From: an uncultured virus (IMG/VR IMGVR_UViG_3300032167_007427)
Taxonomy: Duplodnaviria; Heunggongvirae; Uroviricota; Caudoviricetes
Direction: 5' to 3' (one strand)
DNA length: 64,000 nucleotides
IMG/VR virus record: IMGVR_UViG_3300032167_007427
Of this stretch, positions 47,517 through 58,418 are shown one piece after another. The notes beneath the pieces were generated by a model that was not told the origin of the DNA, did no database searches, and saw only the letters and a list, made by a program, of their open reading frames with translations. Every line of letters begins with the position of its first letter. The first letter of the stretch is position 1. Made by a program: the position numbers and the translations under genes.

Positions 47517-50129
47517 ATGGCAGATAACTTCGGTCTAAAGATAGGGCTTGAGGGTGAAAAGGAATTCAAGAAAGCTCTCGCAGATATCAATCAGAGCTTT
47601 AAGGTTCTCGGCTCGGAAATGAAGGTCGTTGAGTCCCAATTTGGAAAGAACGATAATTCTGTCGAGTCCCTCACCGCCCGTAACCAGGTACTAAACAAAG
47701 AAATCGAAGCTCAAAAGCAGAAAATAGAAACGCTCCGAGCTGCTCTTGAGAATGCCTCATCCTCTTTCGGTGAGAATGATAGGCGTACACAAAACTGGCA
47801 GATACAGCTTAATAATGCCACTGCTGCCCTCAACGATATGGAGCGTGAACTAAAAAACAATAACGAAGCTCTCGACCAAGCCTCAAAAGAATTTGATGAT
47901 GCCGAAGATAAGGCTGATAAGTTCGGCGATGAGGTTGAGGATGCCGGAGAAAAAAGCGATGATGCCGGCGGTAAGTTTTCCGGTCTCGGCACAGCTTGTA
48001 AGGCTGCCGCCGCAACTATTACCGCAGCGTTTGCAGCCGTGTCCGCTGCCGCCATAGCCGGAGGTAAAGCTCTCATTGATATGACCAAGGAGGGTGCAGC
48101 TTATGCGGATACCGTGCTTACCGAATCTACTGTAACGGGTATTGCTACTGATAAACTCCAAGAGTATATGTATGCTGCAGAGCTTGTAGACGTTTCTACG
48201 GAAACGCTCACCAAGTCTATGGCAAAACAAATAAAGTCTATGAAGGCTGTACAGGATGGCACAAAACTTTCCGTCGAAGCCTACGATAAACTTGGTGTTT
48301 CGGTAACCAATGCAGATGGCAGTTTACGAGACTCCGATACTGTGTATTGGGAAGTTATCGATGCGCTTGGCAAAGTCGAAAACGAAACTGAGCGAAATGC
48401 CCTGGCGATGCAAATCCTCGGCAAATCCGCCCAGGAACTGAATCCTCTTATTGAAGCGGGTGCCGGGAAAATGGCTGAACTTGGAGAACAAGCACAGGCC
48501 GCCGGATATGTAGTTAACGACGATATGCTCGGTGCATACGGGGCACTTGATGACCAGTTACAGTATCTGAATGTAGGTGCAACTGCAGCCAAGAATGCTC
48601 TCGGTACAGTACTTCTCCCGGTACTTACAGACCTTGCTACAGAAGGCAACGCACTCCTTGGAGAGTTCACAAACGGCATCCTTGATGCCAATGGTGACCT
48701 CGGTGCGATGTCCGATGTCATTGGTGAACTTTTACCCGAAGTTCTCGATATGATTATGGAGTTCTTACCCGAACTTCTTGAAATCGTAGGCGAGATAGTT
48801 GGCTCCTTGGCACAGGCTCTTATTGATAATCTACCTACGATTATTGATACTGCGTCGCAGATAATTTTTGCGTTGTTACAAGGTTTGATTGCAGCCCTAC
48901 CTCAAATAGCGGAGGGAGCATTACAGCTTGTTATGGCTCTTGTAACGGGCATCTTGGAGAACCTTCCGCTTCTTCTCGAAACCGCCTTACAAGCGGTTGT
49001 AATGCTTGCTACAGGCATTGCAAACGCACTACCCACGTTGATACCGACTATCATCCAGGTGGTTATTCAGATTGTACAAACTCTTATAGAGAATCTGCCT
49101 TTGATACTCGATGCAGCACTTCAGCTCATTATGGGACTTGCCCAGGGCATCCTTGATGCACTCCCCGTGCTGATTGCGGCTTTGCCTGAAATCATTATGG
49201 GGATTATAAACTTCCTCCTGGATGCAATACCTCAAATAATCGAAACGGGTATACAACTTATAACCTCCCTTGTGTCAGCTCTTCCCGAAATCATCACCGC
49301 AATTGTTGAAGCTATCCCTCAGATTATTGAAGGTATCATTACGGCTGTGCTTGGTGCAATCCCCCTCATTATACAGGCTGGTATTGACCTCTTGATTTCG
49401 CTTATCAAGGCTTTACCGCAAATTATAACAACCATCGTCAATGCAATTCCTCAGATTATTTCCGGTATAATCAACGCTGTAATCGGCAATATCCCCCTCA
49501 TAATCCAGGCGGGCGTTGACCTCTTTATTTCGCTCATTAAAAACCTTCCCACAATCATCGTGGAAATCGTAAAAGCCGTACCACAGATTATTGCGGGTAT
49601 CGTTAAGGCTTTCGGTTCTCTCGTTGGAGAGATGGCATCCATAGGTGGAAATATCGTAAAGGGTCTGTGGGATGGTATAACCGGTCTTGCGGATTGGCTT
49701 TGGGATAAGGTTTCAGGATGGATCTCCGGTATCTGGGACGGGATTTGTGATTTCTTCGGTATCGCATCTCCCTCGAAGGAAATGGGATGGGTCGGTGAGA
49801 TGCTTGTTGACGGTCTCGCAGGCTCACTTAGCTCACACGGTAAAGAAGCCGTGAAAGCAGCCGAGGGAATGAGTTCTGACATTACCGATGTTATGCACGG
49901 ACTGGCGGATGATATGGAAATGGCACTTCCCACCGATTTCAACATCGATGGAAATGTACGTGCAAGTGTATCGGGTTCTGCCACAGATGCTGTAAAGAAC
50001 GGATTGTCGCTTGTACTCAACATTACGAATTTTAACAACTATTCAAGCGAGGATATTCAGCAACTCACAAACGAGGTGCTGGTAACCGCAGGTCAATTTG
50101 CAAAACGGAAAGGGGTGGTATTTGCGTGA
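47517..50129 (+). CDS. Tape measure protein
   Basis: Coiled-coil N-terminus, ~11-aa LP.II repeats. Confidence 0.93.
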   Translation: MADNFGLKIGLEGEKEFKKALADINQSFKVLGSEMKVVESQFGKNDNSVESLTARNQVLNKEIEAQKQKIETLRAALENASSSFGENDRRTQNWQIQLNNATAALNDMERELKNNNEALDQASKEFDDAEDKADKFGDEVEDAGEKSDDAGGKFSGLGTACKAAAATITAAFAAVSAAAIAGGKALIDMTKEGAAYADTVLTESTVTGIATDKLQEYMYAAELVDVSTETLTKSMAKQIKSMKAVQDGTKLSVEAYDKLGVSVTNADGSLRDSDTVYWEVIDALGKVENETERNALAMQILGKSAQELNPLIEAGAGKMAELGEQAQAAGYVVNDDMLGAYGALDDQLQYLNVGATAAKNALGTVLLPVLTDLATEGNALLGEFTNGILDANGDLGAMSDVIGELLPEVLDMIMEFLPELLEIVGEIVGSLAQALIDNLPTIIDTASQIIFALLQGLIAALPQIAEGALQLVMALVTGILENLPLLLETALQAVVMLATGIANALPTLIPTIIQVVIQIVQTLIENLPLILDAALQLIMGLAQGILDALPVLIAALPEIIMGIINFLLDAIPQIIETGIQLITSLVSALPEIITAIVEAIPQIIEGIITAVLGAIPLIIQAGIDLLISLIKALPQIITTIVNAIPQIISGIINAVIGNIPLIIQAGVDLFISLIKNLPTIIVEIVKAVPQIIAGIVKAFGSLVGEMASIGGNIVKGLWDGITGLADWLWDKVSGWISGIWDGICDFFGIASPSKEMGWVGEMLVDGLAGSLSSHGKEAVKAAEGMSSDITDVMHGLADDMEMALPTDFNIDGNVRASVSGSATDAVKNGLSLVLNITNFNNYSSEDIQQLTNEVLVTAGQFAKRKGVVFA

Positions 50130-50854
50130 ACTATTTTGTGTATAAAGGCATCAAGTCTTCAGATATGGGTCTTAGAATTGAGAGCAAGGAGGTTTTCTCC
50201 GCTCCCGAATACGAAGTGGACTTCTTATCCATTCCCGGCAGACACGGAGATTTGATTTCCGGTGACGGTAGATTCCCCAATGTCCAAGTGGCATATTCGG
50301 TATTCCTACCTGCGAAAAGCGTTACGGAATTATCACAAAAGATTACCGCAGTTAAGGGTTGGCTTTATTCCGGTCTTAACCAATATCACACCCTCTCCGA
50401 TACTTACGATACAGAATTCACACGAAAAGCGGTATATGCCGGAAAGCTTGACATTGAAGATGAGCTCAACCGTATCGGAATATTTACCATAAGCTTCTCG
50501 TGTGAGCCATTCCGTTATTCCGTTGCGGGGGAAAAGGGTCAGCTTGTAGGAAACGGAAAAAGTCTTATAAATCCATACCCTTTTCCAAGTTATCCGGTAA
50601 TCCGTGTAGTAGGTAACGGTGGCGGTATGCTGACCATTCAATCTGCCGACAGCAATGCAAGCTGGGTATTTAACAACATCAATGCCTATGTTGAAGTTGA
50701 CTCAAAACAGATGGTTTGCTATAAGGGCACCGAACCGAAGAACGACACCGTTGAAGGCGACGGCTTTCCTATTTTGTATCCCGGGGAGAATACATTTTCT
50801 TTTGACGGAGATATAAAGGGGATAACTGTTACTCCAAGGTGGTGTTCTATATGA
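50126..50854 (+). CDS. Distal tail protein
   Basis: IPGRHGDL, FSCEPF, GFPILYPGEN, PRW. Confidence 0.85.
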   Translation: MNYFVYKGIKSSDMGLRIESKEVFSAPEYEVDFLSIPGRHGDLISGDGRFPNVQVAYSVFLPAKSVTELSQKITAVKGWLYSGLNQYHTLSDTYDTEFTRKAVYAGKLDIEDELNRIGIFTISFSCEPFRYSVAGEKGQLVGNGKSLINPYPFPSYPVIRVVGNGGGMLTIQSADSNASWVFNNINAYVEVDSKQMVCYKGTEPKNDTVEGDGFPILYPGENTFSFDGDIKGITVTPRWCSI

Positions 50855-52680
50855 TTCCTGTACTATACAAAGCTAATGCCACCAACTTCAACACGTTCGG
50901 TATCGGTGTTCTTAAGGATTGTACTTCATGTGAAGTTACCGAGGAACGTAACGGAGCCTTTGAGTGCGAATTCAAGTATCCAATCAATGGCCCCTTGTTC
51001 AAGGAAATCGCCACAGAACGCCTTATAAAGGCAAAACCTAACGATACAGCTAATGACCAGGTCTTTCGCATTTACCGCATTTCTACGCCTATAAACGGCG
51101 AAATAACGGTGTATGCACAGCACATATCATATGACCTTTCAAGCATAGCTGCATTACAATGGTCAAGTGAGTCAATCTCACCGAGCCTCGCAATGGAGCG
51201 TGTATTTCAGAATACTGCTACTCCTCATAACTTTACCTGTCATACCGATTATTCCTCGGCAAAACCGTTCTCCGTTTCCAAACCGCAGAGTGTTCGTGCG
51301 TGTCTTGGCGGTGTGGCAGGCTCTTTTCTTGATTTGTGGGGTGGCGAATATGAGTGGGACAACTTCCACGTTATACACCATCAAGGCAGAGGCCAGAAAA
51401 CAGGTGTGGTCATTGAATACGGTAAAAACCTCACCGATCTTGAACACGAAAGTGAAAACACCGACGTTTATACAGACCTTTTGCCGTATGCGGTAATTAC
51501 AGCCGAAGACGGAACAGAAACGGTTGTAACCCTTACAGAGGTACTTCTTCCTATTGCAGATACCACGCTTGTTCAAAGGAAAACTCTCATTATGGATTTC
51601 ACTGATAAATTCGATGACGAGAATCCTGCTACAGAAGAGGCACTCCGCGCTTATGCAAATAACTATCTTGAAAGTAACCCTCTCGGCACATCAGTCCCTA
51701 CATTGACAGTTGCATTTGAACCTCTGTGGAAACAGCCGGACTGCATTGCGGTGCTTGAACGTGTATCTCTGTGCGATACCGTACTGGTGCGCCACAGTCG
51801 TTTGGGCATCACAGCGAAGGCAAAGGTAATCACCACGGTCTATGACACCCTCGCAGAGAAGTATGTGTCCATCACACTCGGTTCGGCAAAGGCAAATCTT
51901 CTCGACAATGTAACATCTGCGGAGATTGCTGCCGAAGAAGCGACTAATAAAATCGACCGCTTCCCGGCACTTATGAATTCTGCAATCAAAAATGCTACGG
52001 GTCTCATCACCGGACAGACCGGCGGATATGTGGTTATAAACACAGACAGTGAAAGCGGTAAGCCTTACGAGCTTCTCATACTTGATACCCCTTCAAAGGA
52101 AACTGCGGTCAATGTATGGCGATGGAATGTAGGCGGACTTGGGTTCTCCAAGAACGGCTACAACGGTCCCTACGAAACGGCTATCACCTCAGATGGACAG
52201 ATTGTAGCTGACTTCATTACTTCAGGTTCATTAGTGGCAAACATTATTAAGGCGGGTGTGCTCCAATCCCAAGATGGATCGTCCTATTGGGATTTGGAGA
52301 CCGGCGAGGTCGTTCTTCGTGCTTATGCCTCCACGGAAAGCGTGGAAAAGGTTGAAGACCGAATTAATAACATCGAAGAGCAGAAAATGTACCGCCTTGT
52401 TATCAGCTCATCCAACGGTAATATCTTCAAAAACAATAATATCAAAACAACTCTTTATGCCACAGTATTCTCTTGGGATGAAAACGTTACGGATACCCTT
52501 GATGACAATCAGTTTATATGGACAAGGGTTTCCGATGATGCCGAAGCGGATAAACTGTGGAATGATGCTCACTTCGGTGGCACAAAGCATATAGAAATTG
52601 ATTCAGATGATGTCAAGGTAAGGGCAACCTTCTTCTGCGACCTCATCGATACAACTACAAGAAACAGCCTGCTCGGCTGA
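50851..52680 (+). CDS. Tail spike / baseplate hub protein
   Basis: VTEERNG.FE...YP, QVFRIY, YGKNL. Confidence 0.85.
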   Translation: MIPVLYKANATNFNTFGIGVLKDCTSCEVTEERNGAFECEFKYPINGPLFKEIATERLIKAKPNDTANDQVFRIYRISTPINGEITVYAQHISYDLSSIAALQWSSESISPSLAMERVFQNTATPHNFTCHTDYSSAKPFSVSKPQSVRACLGGVAGSFLDLWGGEYEWDNFHVIHHQGRGQKTGVVIEYGKNLTDLEHESENTDVYTDLLPYAVITAEDGTETVVTLTEVLLPIADTTLVQRKTLIMDFTDKFDDENPATEEALRAYANNYLESNPLGTSVPTLTVAFEPLWKQPDCIAVLERVSLCDTVLVRHSRLGITAKAKVITTVYDTLAEKYVSITLGSAKANLLDNVTSAEIAAEEATNKIDRFPALMNSAIKNATGLITGQTGGYVVINTDSESGKPYELLILDTPSKETAVNVWRWNVGGLGFSKNGYNGPYETAITSDGQIVADFITSGSLVANIIKAGVLQSQDGSSYWDLETGEVVLRAYASTESVEKVEDRINNIEEQKMYRLVISSSNGNIFKNNNIKTTLYATVFSWDENVTDTLDDNQFIWTRVSDDAEADKLWNDAHFGGTKHIEIDSDDVKVRATFFCDLIDTTTRNSLLG

Positions 52681-52699
52681 ATATAAGGAGGAAATCCAA

Positions 52700-53779
52700 A
52701 TGAGTAAAGCACAAGGTCAGTTTACGATTATTGACTATAACGACGCCCTAACCTTAACGGGTTATATAGGCTCGAACCTGGCAAAAACACAGATGTACAA
52801 CCCCGATAACGCAACTTACACTCCCGACTGGAGTACCACCAATGTGGTGCTAACCCCCAGCCTTTATGTTATTGGTACTACGGCTGATAAAATCACTTCT
52901 ACCAATGTAACTTCAGTTAAGTGGTATGTGGGTAGTTCTACAACTGCTCTAACATCATCCGGTAACTACGCATTAAGTGGCACAAAAAGCCATATTCTCA
53001 CAATCAAGGGAAATGTAATGGCTGGACTTCCCGGTATTGATTACCGATGTGTTATCACATATAAGGATGATGCTACGGGTCTTTCAATTACACACCCTCT
53101 TACAATCTCGTTTACTCGTGTTGTAAACGGTGGCGGTATTGTTGACTTGCTTCTTACCACCCCCAACGGTAATGTCTTTAAAAACAACGAAATAGCAAAT
53201 CTTACAGCGAAAGCCGAGCTTTGGCGTGGCAGTACGGTAGACTCAACAAAGGTAAGCTATAAATGGGCTATTATGGATAGCTCTGTTACATCCACAACCT
53301 CAAGTGGTTATGATGCATCTTTCGGTACAGGTTGGAGAAAGCTTAGTGATAACCCTGCAATATGCGTAGGAGTAACTTCTTCTTCAATGATTGTATTTCC
53401 TGATGCTGTTGACAGCTATGCGGTATTCAAGTGTGTTGCAACAGATACAGATGAAACATCAAACACTTATAACAAAACCTTTGTTGATGTTGTTACCTTC
53501 ATTGACAACTCTGACCCCATCCAGGTAATAATCACTTCCACGGGTGGCGATGTCTTTAAAAACGGTGTCGGCTCTACCGTACTCACCGCTGTATGTTATC
53601 AGGCAGGTACAGAAATCGATACCGACGGTAAGGGTACTTATACCTGGACAAAGTATAACAAGGACGGAGCAATCGACACCTCTTGGGGTACATCCGGCAG
53701 TAAGACCGGTAAGACTTTGTCGGTGTCTTCTTCTGATGTTGCGACCAAGGCAACCTTTATGGTGGAAGTAACCCTGTAA
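52700..53779 (+). CDS. Tail structural protein (beta-rich)
   Basis: Thr/Ser-rich, repeated G.VFKN; position. Confidence 0.7.
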   Translation: MSKAQGQFTIIDYNDALTLTGYIGSNLAKTQMYNPDNATYTPDWSTTNVVLTPSLYVIGTTADKITSTNVTSVKWYVGSSTTALTSSGNYALSGTKSHILTIKGNVMAGLPGIDYRCVITYKDDATGLSITHPLTISFTRVVNGGGIVDLLLTTPNGNVFKNNEIANLTAKAELWRGSTVDSTKVSYKWAIMDSSVTSTTSSGYDASFGTGWRKLSDNPAICVGVTSSSMIVFPDAVDSYAVFKCVATDTDETSNTYNKTFVDVVTFIDNSDPIQVIITSTGGDVFKNGVGSTVLTAVCYQAGTEIDTDGKGTYTWTKYNKDGAIDTSWGTSGSKTGKTLSVSSSDVATKATFMVEVTL

Positions 53780-53789
53780 GGAGGAATAT

Positions 53790-54878
53790 ATGAGAGCTGT
53801 AGCACAGTTTACCATTATAAATCTTTGTGATGTTATAACCTCCGAAACTGCTCCCGAAAACCCGTATGTCGGTATGCTGTGGGTAAACACTACTACAGTT
53901 CCACCGGAAACTATGGTGTGGGATGGACTCGGTTGGGTAGTTCAAAATAATATTGAAGAGCTACGTACAACCGTTTCTACTCACACTTCACGTTTCGGTG
54001 AGTTTCAGACTTCTGTAGATGGTCTTACAAGTTATGTTTCAAACCTTACGAAAACAGTAGAAACCGTAAGCGGTGACCTATCAGGTGAAAAAGAAACTGT
54101 TCTTGAAATGCAGGAGCAAATCTCCGAACTGGAACACACAGTTAGTGGTCTCTCCCTTACCATGACTGAGCAATACGCCGGTGGTATAAATCATATAAAG
54201 AATTCCGCCGGACTTAATGGCATTACCGATGATTGGGTAACTTCTGGAACGGTATCTACTGATACTTCTACTGATGTTCAAAGCAATACAACCTCCGATT
54301 CATCCTTTGTGCTTGGTGATTCCTCTACTCTCAAACAGACTGTAACTGGATTAATAACGGGTACTTCTTATACGATTTCTATTCGTGCAAAAAAAACTTC
54401 ATCGGGTTACTCGTCATATTTCTATGTGAAATATAACGGTTCAAAAATCAAATATCTGTTCAGCAGTTCTTCCACTTTTGAATGGACTGAATATACCGCT
54501 GTTTTACCCGATGTACAGGACAGCACAATATTGATTTACGCATATAACCGTCTTGCAAATCTCTATATCTCCGACATCATTTTAGCAGAAGGAACGGCAA
54601 TCCATAAATGGACTCCCGCTCCTAATGAGATTTATACCACCGAAGTAAAAATCGACCGTAGAGGTATCGAGGTTTCAAATGCAGACTCTGCTCAAAGAAC
54701 AGTTATTAATAATACCGAGTTCTCCGGTTATTACAACGAAGAAAAAATATTCACACTAAATAAGGACGAAACGATTACAAAGAAAACTACCGTGGATGGT
54801 GAACTTACCGTCGGTAAAACAAAGTTTGTCCCGATGGCAACTGCATCTGAAGGTCTTAACATCGTAGTCCTTGATTAA
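53790..54878 (+). CDS. Tail protein (coiled coil + carbohydrate-binding-like)
   Basis: GGINHIKNS...WTPAPNE; position. Confidence 0.7.
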   Translation: MRAVAQFTIINLCDVITSETAPENPYVGMLWVNTTTVPPETMVWDGLGWVVQNNIEELRTTVSTHTSRFGEFQTSVDGLTSYVSNLTKTVETVSGDLSGEKETVLEMQEQISELEHTVSGLSLTMTEQYAGGINHIKNSAGLNGITDDWVTSGTVSTDTSTDVQSNTTSDSSFVLGDSSTLKQTVTGLITGTSYTISIRAKKTSSGYSSYFYVKYNGSKIKYLFSSSSTFEWTEYTAVLPDVQDSTILIYAYNRLANLYISDIILAEGTAIHKWTPAPNEIYTTEVKIDRRGIEVSNADSAQRTVINNTEFSGYYNEEKIFTLNKDETITKKTTVDGELTVGKTKFVPMATASEGLNIVVLD

Positions 54879-54895
54879 ACAAGAAAGGAGTTACT

Positions 54896-57412
54896 ATGGC
54901 TATAAGCGGTAGTTTTTCAAATTATCCCGCAAGCGGGTTCGGATTGTATTGTACTTGGTCAGCAAGTCAAAGTGTAACCGGTAACTATTCAGACATAACT
55001 CTTAACGTCTATTTGAAGCATTACAGTATTTATGTCGGCGCACGTGACGATGCCGTTGTTTCAATAAACGGAACTTCCGAAACATACTCCACACCGGCTA
55101 TTTCACAAAGTACAGAAACAGCAAGTACAACCCTTTTGAAGTCGAAAACAGTGCGTGTTTCGCACAACATAGATGGTACAAAATCGGGTGTTGCACTTTC
55201 TGCTTCTTGGAGATTTAGCGGTACTTATGCCGGGGTATCAATTGGTACTATTACGGCTTCAACAACAATCACGCTTGATTCCCTTGATCGTACTGCGCCG
55301 ACTGTTTCATGTACAGTTTCCAATATAACCGCTAATGGTTTTAAGATTTCTGCCACCTCATCTGCAACTGCAGACATTTGGCAGTACAGTACTAACGGCG
55401 GTACAAGCTGGACACAGTTCTCCACATCTGCGGGGACAAGTGCAACCTATACACTTTCATCACTTACACCGAACACAACTTATTCCGTTAAGGCTCGCGC
55501 AAGAAAGAAATCCAATCAGGTATACGGAATGTCAAGTGCGGTATCCACAAAAACTTTAGGTGGTTCAACAATTGGAAGTGTATCCACATTAACCGCTGAC
55601 ACAACAACGGTAAGCATCAGCATAAATACAACGGTTTATAATGCTTCATACACGCACACCCTCCAAATCAAGAATGGTTCGTCAACATATGTGGAAATAA
55701 CAGGTCTATCCTGGGCAAAAGGTACTGCCACAAGAACTATTACCCTGACTGCTGCACAAAAAACTTCACTCTTGACAGCAATGGCTTCTATAAAATCATT
55801 TACAGGTACTTTTGCTCTCATTACCTATAGTGGCTCAACTCAGATTGGAACAACGGCTACGAAAACTGCAACTGTACAAACAACAGCTTCAAGTTCTGCG
55901 CCATCAATGAGTAACTTTTCTTGCCGTGACGGAAGAAGTAATACCTCAAACTTAACCGGTGATGACCAGTTATATATTCAAAGCTACTCTTATTTATATG
56001 TCACGCCTGGAACAGTAACGGCAAAAAATAATGCTACAATTGCTTCTTATTCCGTAACTTGCAATGGTGTAACCCAATCAAATACAACGGGTGCGGAAAT
56101 CAATCTTGGAACGGTATCAAAATCAGGATCTGTAGACGTTGTTGTTACTGCTACAGACTCCCGTGGGTATACAGTTAGCCTTACCCAAAAAATAACGGTT
56201 ATCGCTTACGAGAAACCAAAGGTATCATCCATTACATTACGCCGTACCAATGATATAGAAGCCGAGATGCAGCTAACCTTTAATGGTTCGATTTCACCCG
56301 TTACCATTGATGGAACTCAAACAAACAGCCTGTTATACGTTCAGTACCGTTATAAGAAAACAAGTGCAACAACCTACGGCTCGTATACGAACATAACCTC
56401 ATCCGTAACCAAGAGCGGCGCAAATTTCTCATATACGAATTTAGAGTTGTGTGAACTTGATGCTAATTCATCGTATGATTTCCATTTATACATACGTGAT
56501 CAGCTAAACACGCTATCAGCATTAAACCTTTATATAACAGTTCCCCAAGGTACACCACTTGTTGCGCTCCGAAAGCAGAAGGTGGGAATAAACAACCCCA
56601 GCCCCACTGTTGCTCTTGATGTAGCAGGAGATGCTAAGGTTTCGGGTACACTCACGGCTTCAACAGTAACAGCAACAACCCTTAATGGTTCACTTGCTCC
56701 CTCAAAGTTATCATCTGCAGTAACTATCGCAAAGGGTGGTACGGGTGCTACTACCGCAGCCGGGGCGGCCACCAACATTGTTGGAGGACAAGATATCACC
56801 CCCAGATCTATCTCCGTTACAGGTAACAGATATTACATCGACGACCTTTACGGACTTAATATGCAGAATTCCGATGTTGTTGGTGTTAACGGTATATACT
56901 TTGGTGATGCAGTTGACTCTCAAGGTGAGGGATTAAACTTCTATCGTAGTGCTACTACTTGGGACAGACTTTACTCATATGCGGGAACGTTGTATTATTC
57001 ACCCAATGTTGCTACGGACACCCATCCCGGAACAAGATACACCGTGTATCATTCCGGCGGTTCCACAATCCCTCTTACCAAGGGTGGAACAGGTGGTACT
57101 ACTGCAGCAGATGCTCGAACCAACCTTGGTATAGCAAGCACCTGGCTTTGGAACGGCTCTCTCTCAAGCGGAAGTATTACCTTTAATTATGGCTCTTATA
57201 AAGCCTATGCTATTCTTGGAAATCCGAGTTCAGGTTCAGCAAAGGTAGGTTTATTCCTGCCCAAAAATATGGTTTTAACATATAATACGCAGTTTCAGTT
57301 GGCAGACGAATCGAACTACAAAACATTCAATGTAATGTATTCGGGAACAACGGTTACGCTTACTGCAGGCGATGGAAGTGGAATTATAACAAATGTTTAC
57401 GGTATAAACTAA
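54896..57412 (+). CDS. Tail fibre / receptor-binding protein
   Basis: Ser/Thr-rich FN3-like stretch; two KGGTG.TTAA.A.TN repeats. Confidence 0.75.
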   Translation: MAISGSFSNYPASGFGLYCTWSASQSVTGNYSDITLNVYLKHYSIYVGARDDAVVSINGTSETYSTPAISQSTETASTTLLKSKTVRVSHNIDGTKSGVALSASWRFSGTYAGVSIGTITASTTITLDSLDRTAPTVSCTVSNITANGFKISATSSATADIWQYSTNGGTSWTQFSTSAGTSATYTLSSLTPNTTYSVKARARKKSNQVYGMSSAVSTKTLGGSTIGSVSTLTADTTTVSISINTTVYNASYTHTLQIKNGSSTYVEITGLSWAKGTATRTITLTAAQKTSLLTAMASIKSFTGTFALITYSGSTQIGTTATKTATVQTTASSSAPSMSNFSCRDGRSNTSNLTGDDQLYIQSYSYLYVTPGTVTAKNNATIASYSVTCNGVTQSNTTGAEINLGTVSKSGSVDVVVTATDSRGYTVSLTQKITVIAYEKPKVSSITLRRTNDIEAEMQLTFNGSISPVTIDGTQTNSLLYVQYRYKKTSATTYGSYTNITSSVTKSGANFSYTNLELCELDANSSYDFHLYIRDQLNTLSALNLYITVPQGTPLVALRKQKVGINNPSPTVALDVAGDAKVSGTLTASTVTATTLNGSLAPSKLSSAVTIAKGGTGATTAAGAATNIVGGQDITPRSISVTGNRYYIDDLYGLNMQNSDVVGVNGIYFGDAVDSQGEGLNFYRSATTWDRLYSYAGTLYYSPNVATDTHPGTRYTVYHSGGSTIPLTKGGTGGTTAADARTNLGIASTWLWNGSLSSGSITFNYGSYKAYAILGNPSSGSAKVGLFLPKNMVLTYNTQFQLADESNYKTFNVMYSGTTVTLTAGDGSGIITNVYGIN

Positions 57413-57422
57413 GGAGGCAGAA

Positions 57423-57791
57423 ATGAAGATTACAGTTGATAACGAAGGCTTCATTGAGAACTATGCAACTCTTGGAGAAATCATCGATAGTACCGAAATA
57501 GACGAGCCCACAGATCTTGAACATTTTGAACGTAACCATCGATCCTACCGCCTCAAAGACGGTAAACTCTTATTTGATGAAGAGCGATTTGTTGTCCTTC
57601 AGAATGAAGCTGAAAACATACGTCTTCGTAATGAACGTGATAAGGAATGTTTCTCTGTTATAAATCGAGGGTGGTTATGGTATGACACACTCACAGAAAA
57701 GCAGACTAAGGAACTGCGTAAATGGTATAAAGACTGGCTCGATGTAACCGAAACCAAGAAAAAACCCAACAGACCATCGTGGCTGAAATAA
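57423..57791 (+). CDS. Tail fibre assembly-like protein
   Basis: LRNERD...WY..WLDVT...P..P.W; follows fibre gene. Confidence 0.65.
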   Translation: MKITVDNEGFIENYATLGEIIDSTEIDEPTDLEHFERNHRSYRLKDGKLLFDEERFVVLQNEAENIRLRNERDKECFSVINRGWLWYDTLTEKQTKELRKWYKDWLDVTETKKKPNRPSWLK

Positions 57792-57855
57792 GGAATTATG
57801 GCACTCCGATATGGGTGCCTTTTTCATATTCAAATCAAAGAAGGAGGAAACGCCA

Positions 57856-58116
57856 ATGGTAATCAATCTTACCACTGTCGCGGCTACGATTACTGCTCTC
57901 GGAGTTATTTTCGGTGCTGTGTTCGGCATCTACAAATGGTTCCTTAAGCAGGAAAAGCAAGACCGTGACATCAAAGCCATAAAGGAAGAACAGACCGTGC
58001 TTGTTCACGGTGTCCTTGCTTGCCTTATGGGTTTGAAGGAACAGGGGTGCAATGGCCCCGTAACAGAAGCCATTGAGAAAATCGAAGAGTACATCAACAA
58101 ACAGGCACACAAGTAA
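57856..58116 (+). CDS. Single-TM lysis-cassette protein
   Basis: N-terminal TM, LKEQGCNGPV. Confidence 0.65.
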   Translation: MVINLTTVAATITALGVIFGAVFGIYKWFLKQEKQDRDIKAIKEEQTVLVHGVLACLMGLKEQGCNGPVTEAIEKIEEYINKQAHK

Positions 58117-58130
58117 AGGAGGTACGTGCT

Positions 58131-58418
58131 ATGACAACATTTGATATCGCTATCGTTCCCGCATTGGCGGCAATCGTCTACACCATTATCGACATTGCGA
58201 AAACAGCTATGGGCAGTGATGAAAGGTTCAGAAGATTTATCCCTCTCATTGCCTGTGTTCTCGGTGCAATATGCGGTGTAATCGCATTTTATTTTGTTCC
58301 CGGTGTTATGGGAACGGACAATCTGCTCGTTGCTATTGTCCTCGGTTCAGCAAGCGGACTTTCTGCAACGGGTACAAACCAGGCAGTAAAACAGCTTACA
58401 AAAAAGGAGGAAAAGTAA
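58131..58418 (+). CDS. Holin
   Basis: Three hydrophobic segments, SGLSATG.NQ. Confidence 0.85.
   Translation: MTTFDIAIVPALAAIVYTIIDIAKTAMGSDERFRRFIPLIACVLGAICGVIAFYFVPGVMGTDNLLVAIVLGSASGLSATGTNQAVKQLTKKEEK

Noticed and set aside
48700..49620. Hydrophobic periodic repeats suggesting a transporter
   Set aside because: Ordinary tape-measure repeats
54896..57791. Diversity-generating retroelement at the tail fibre
   Set aside because: No reverse transcriptase and no TR/VR pair seen
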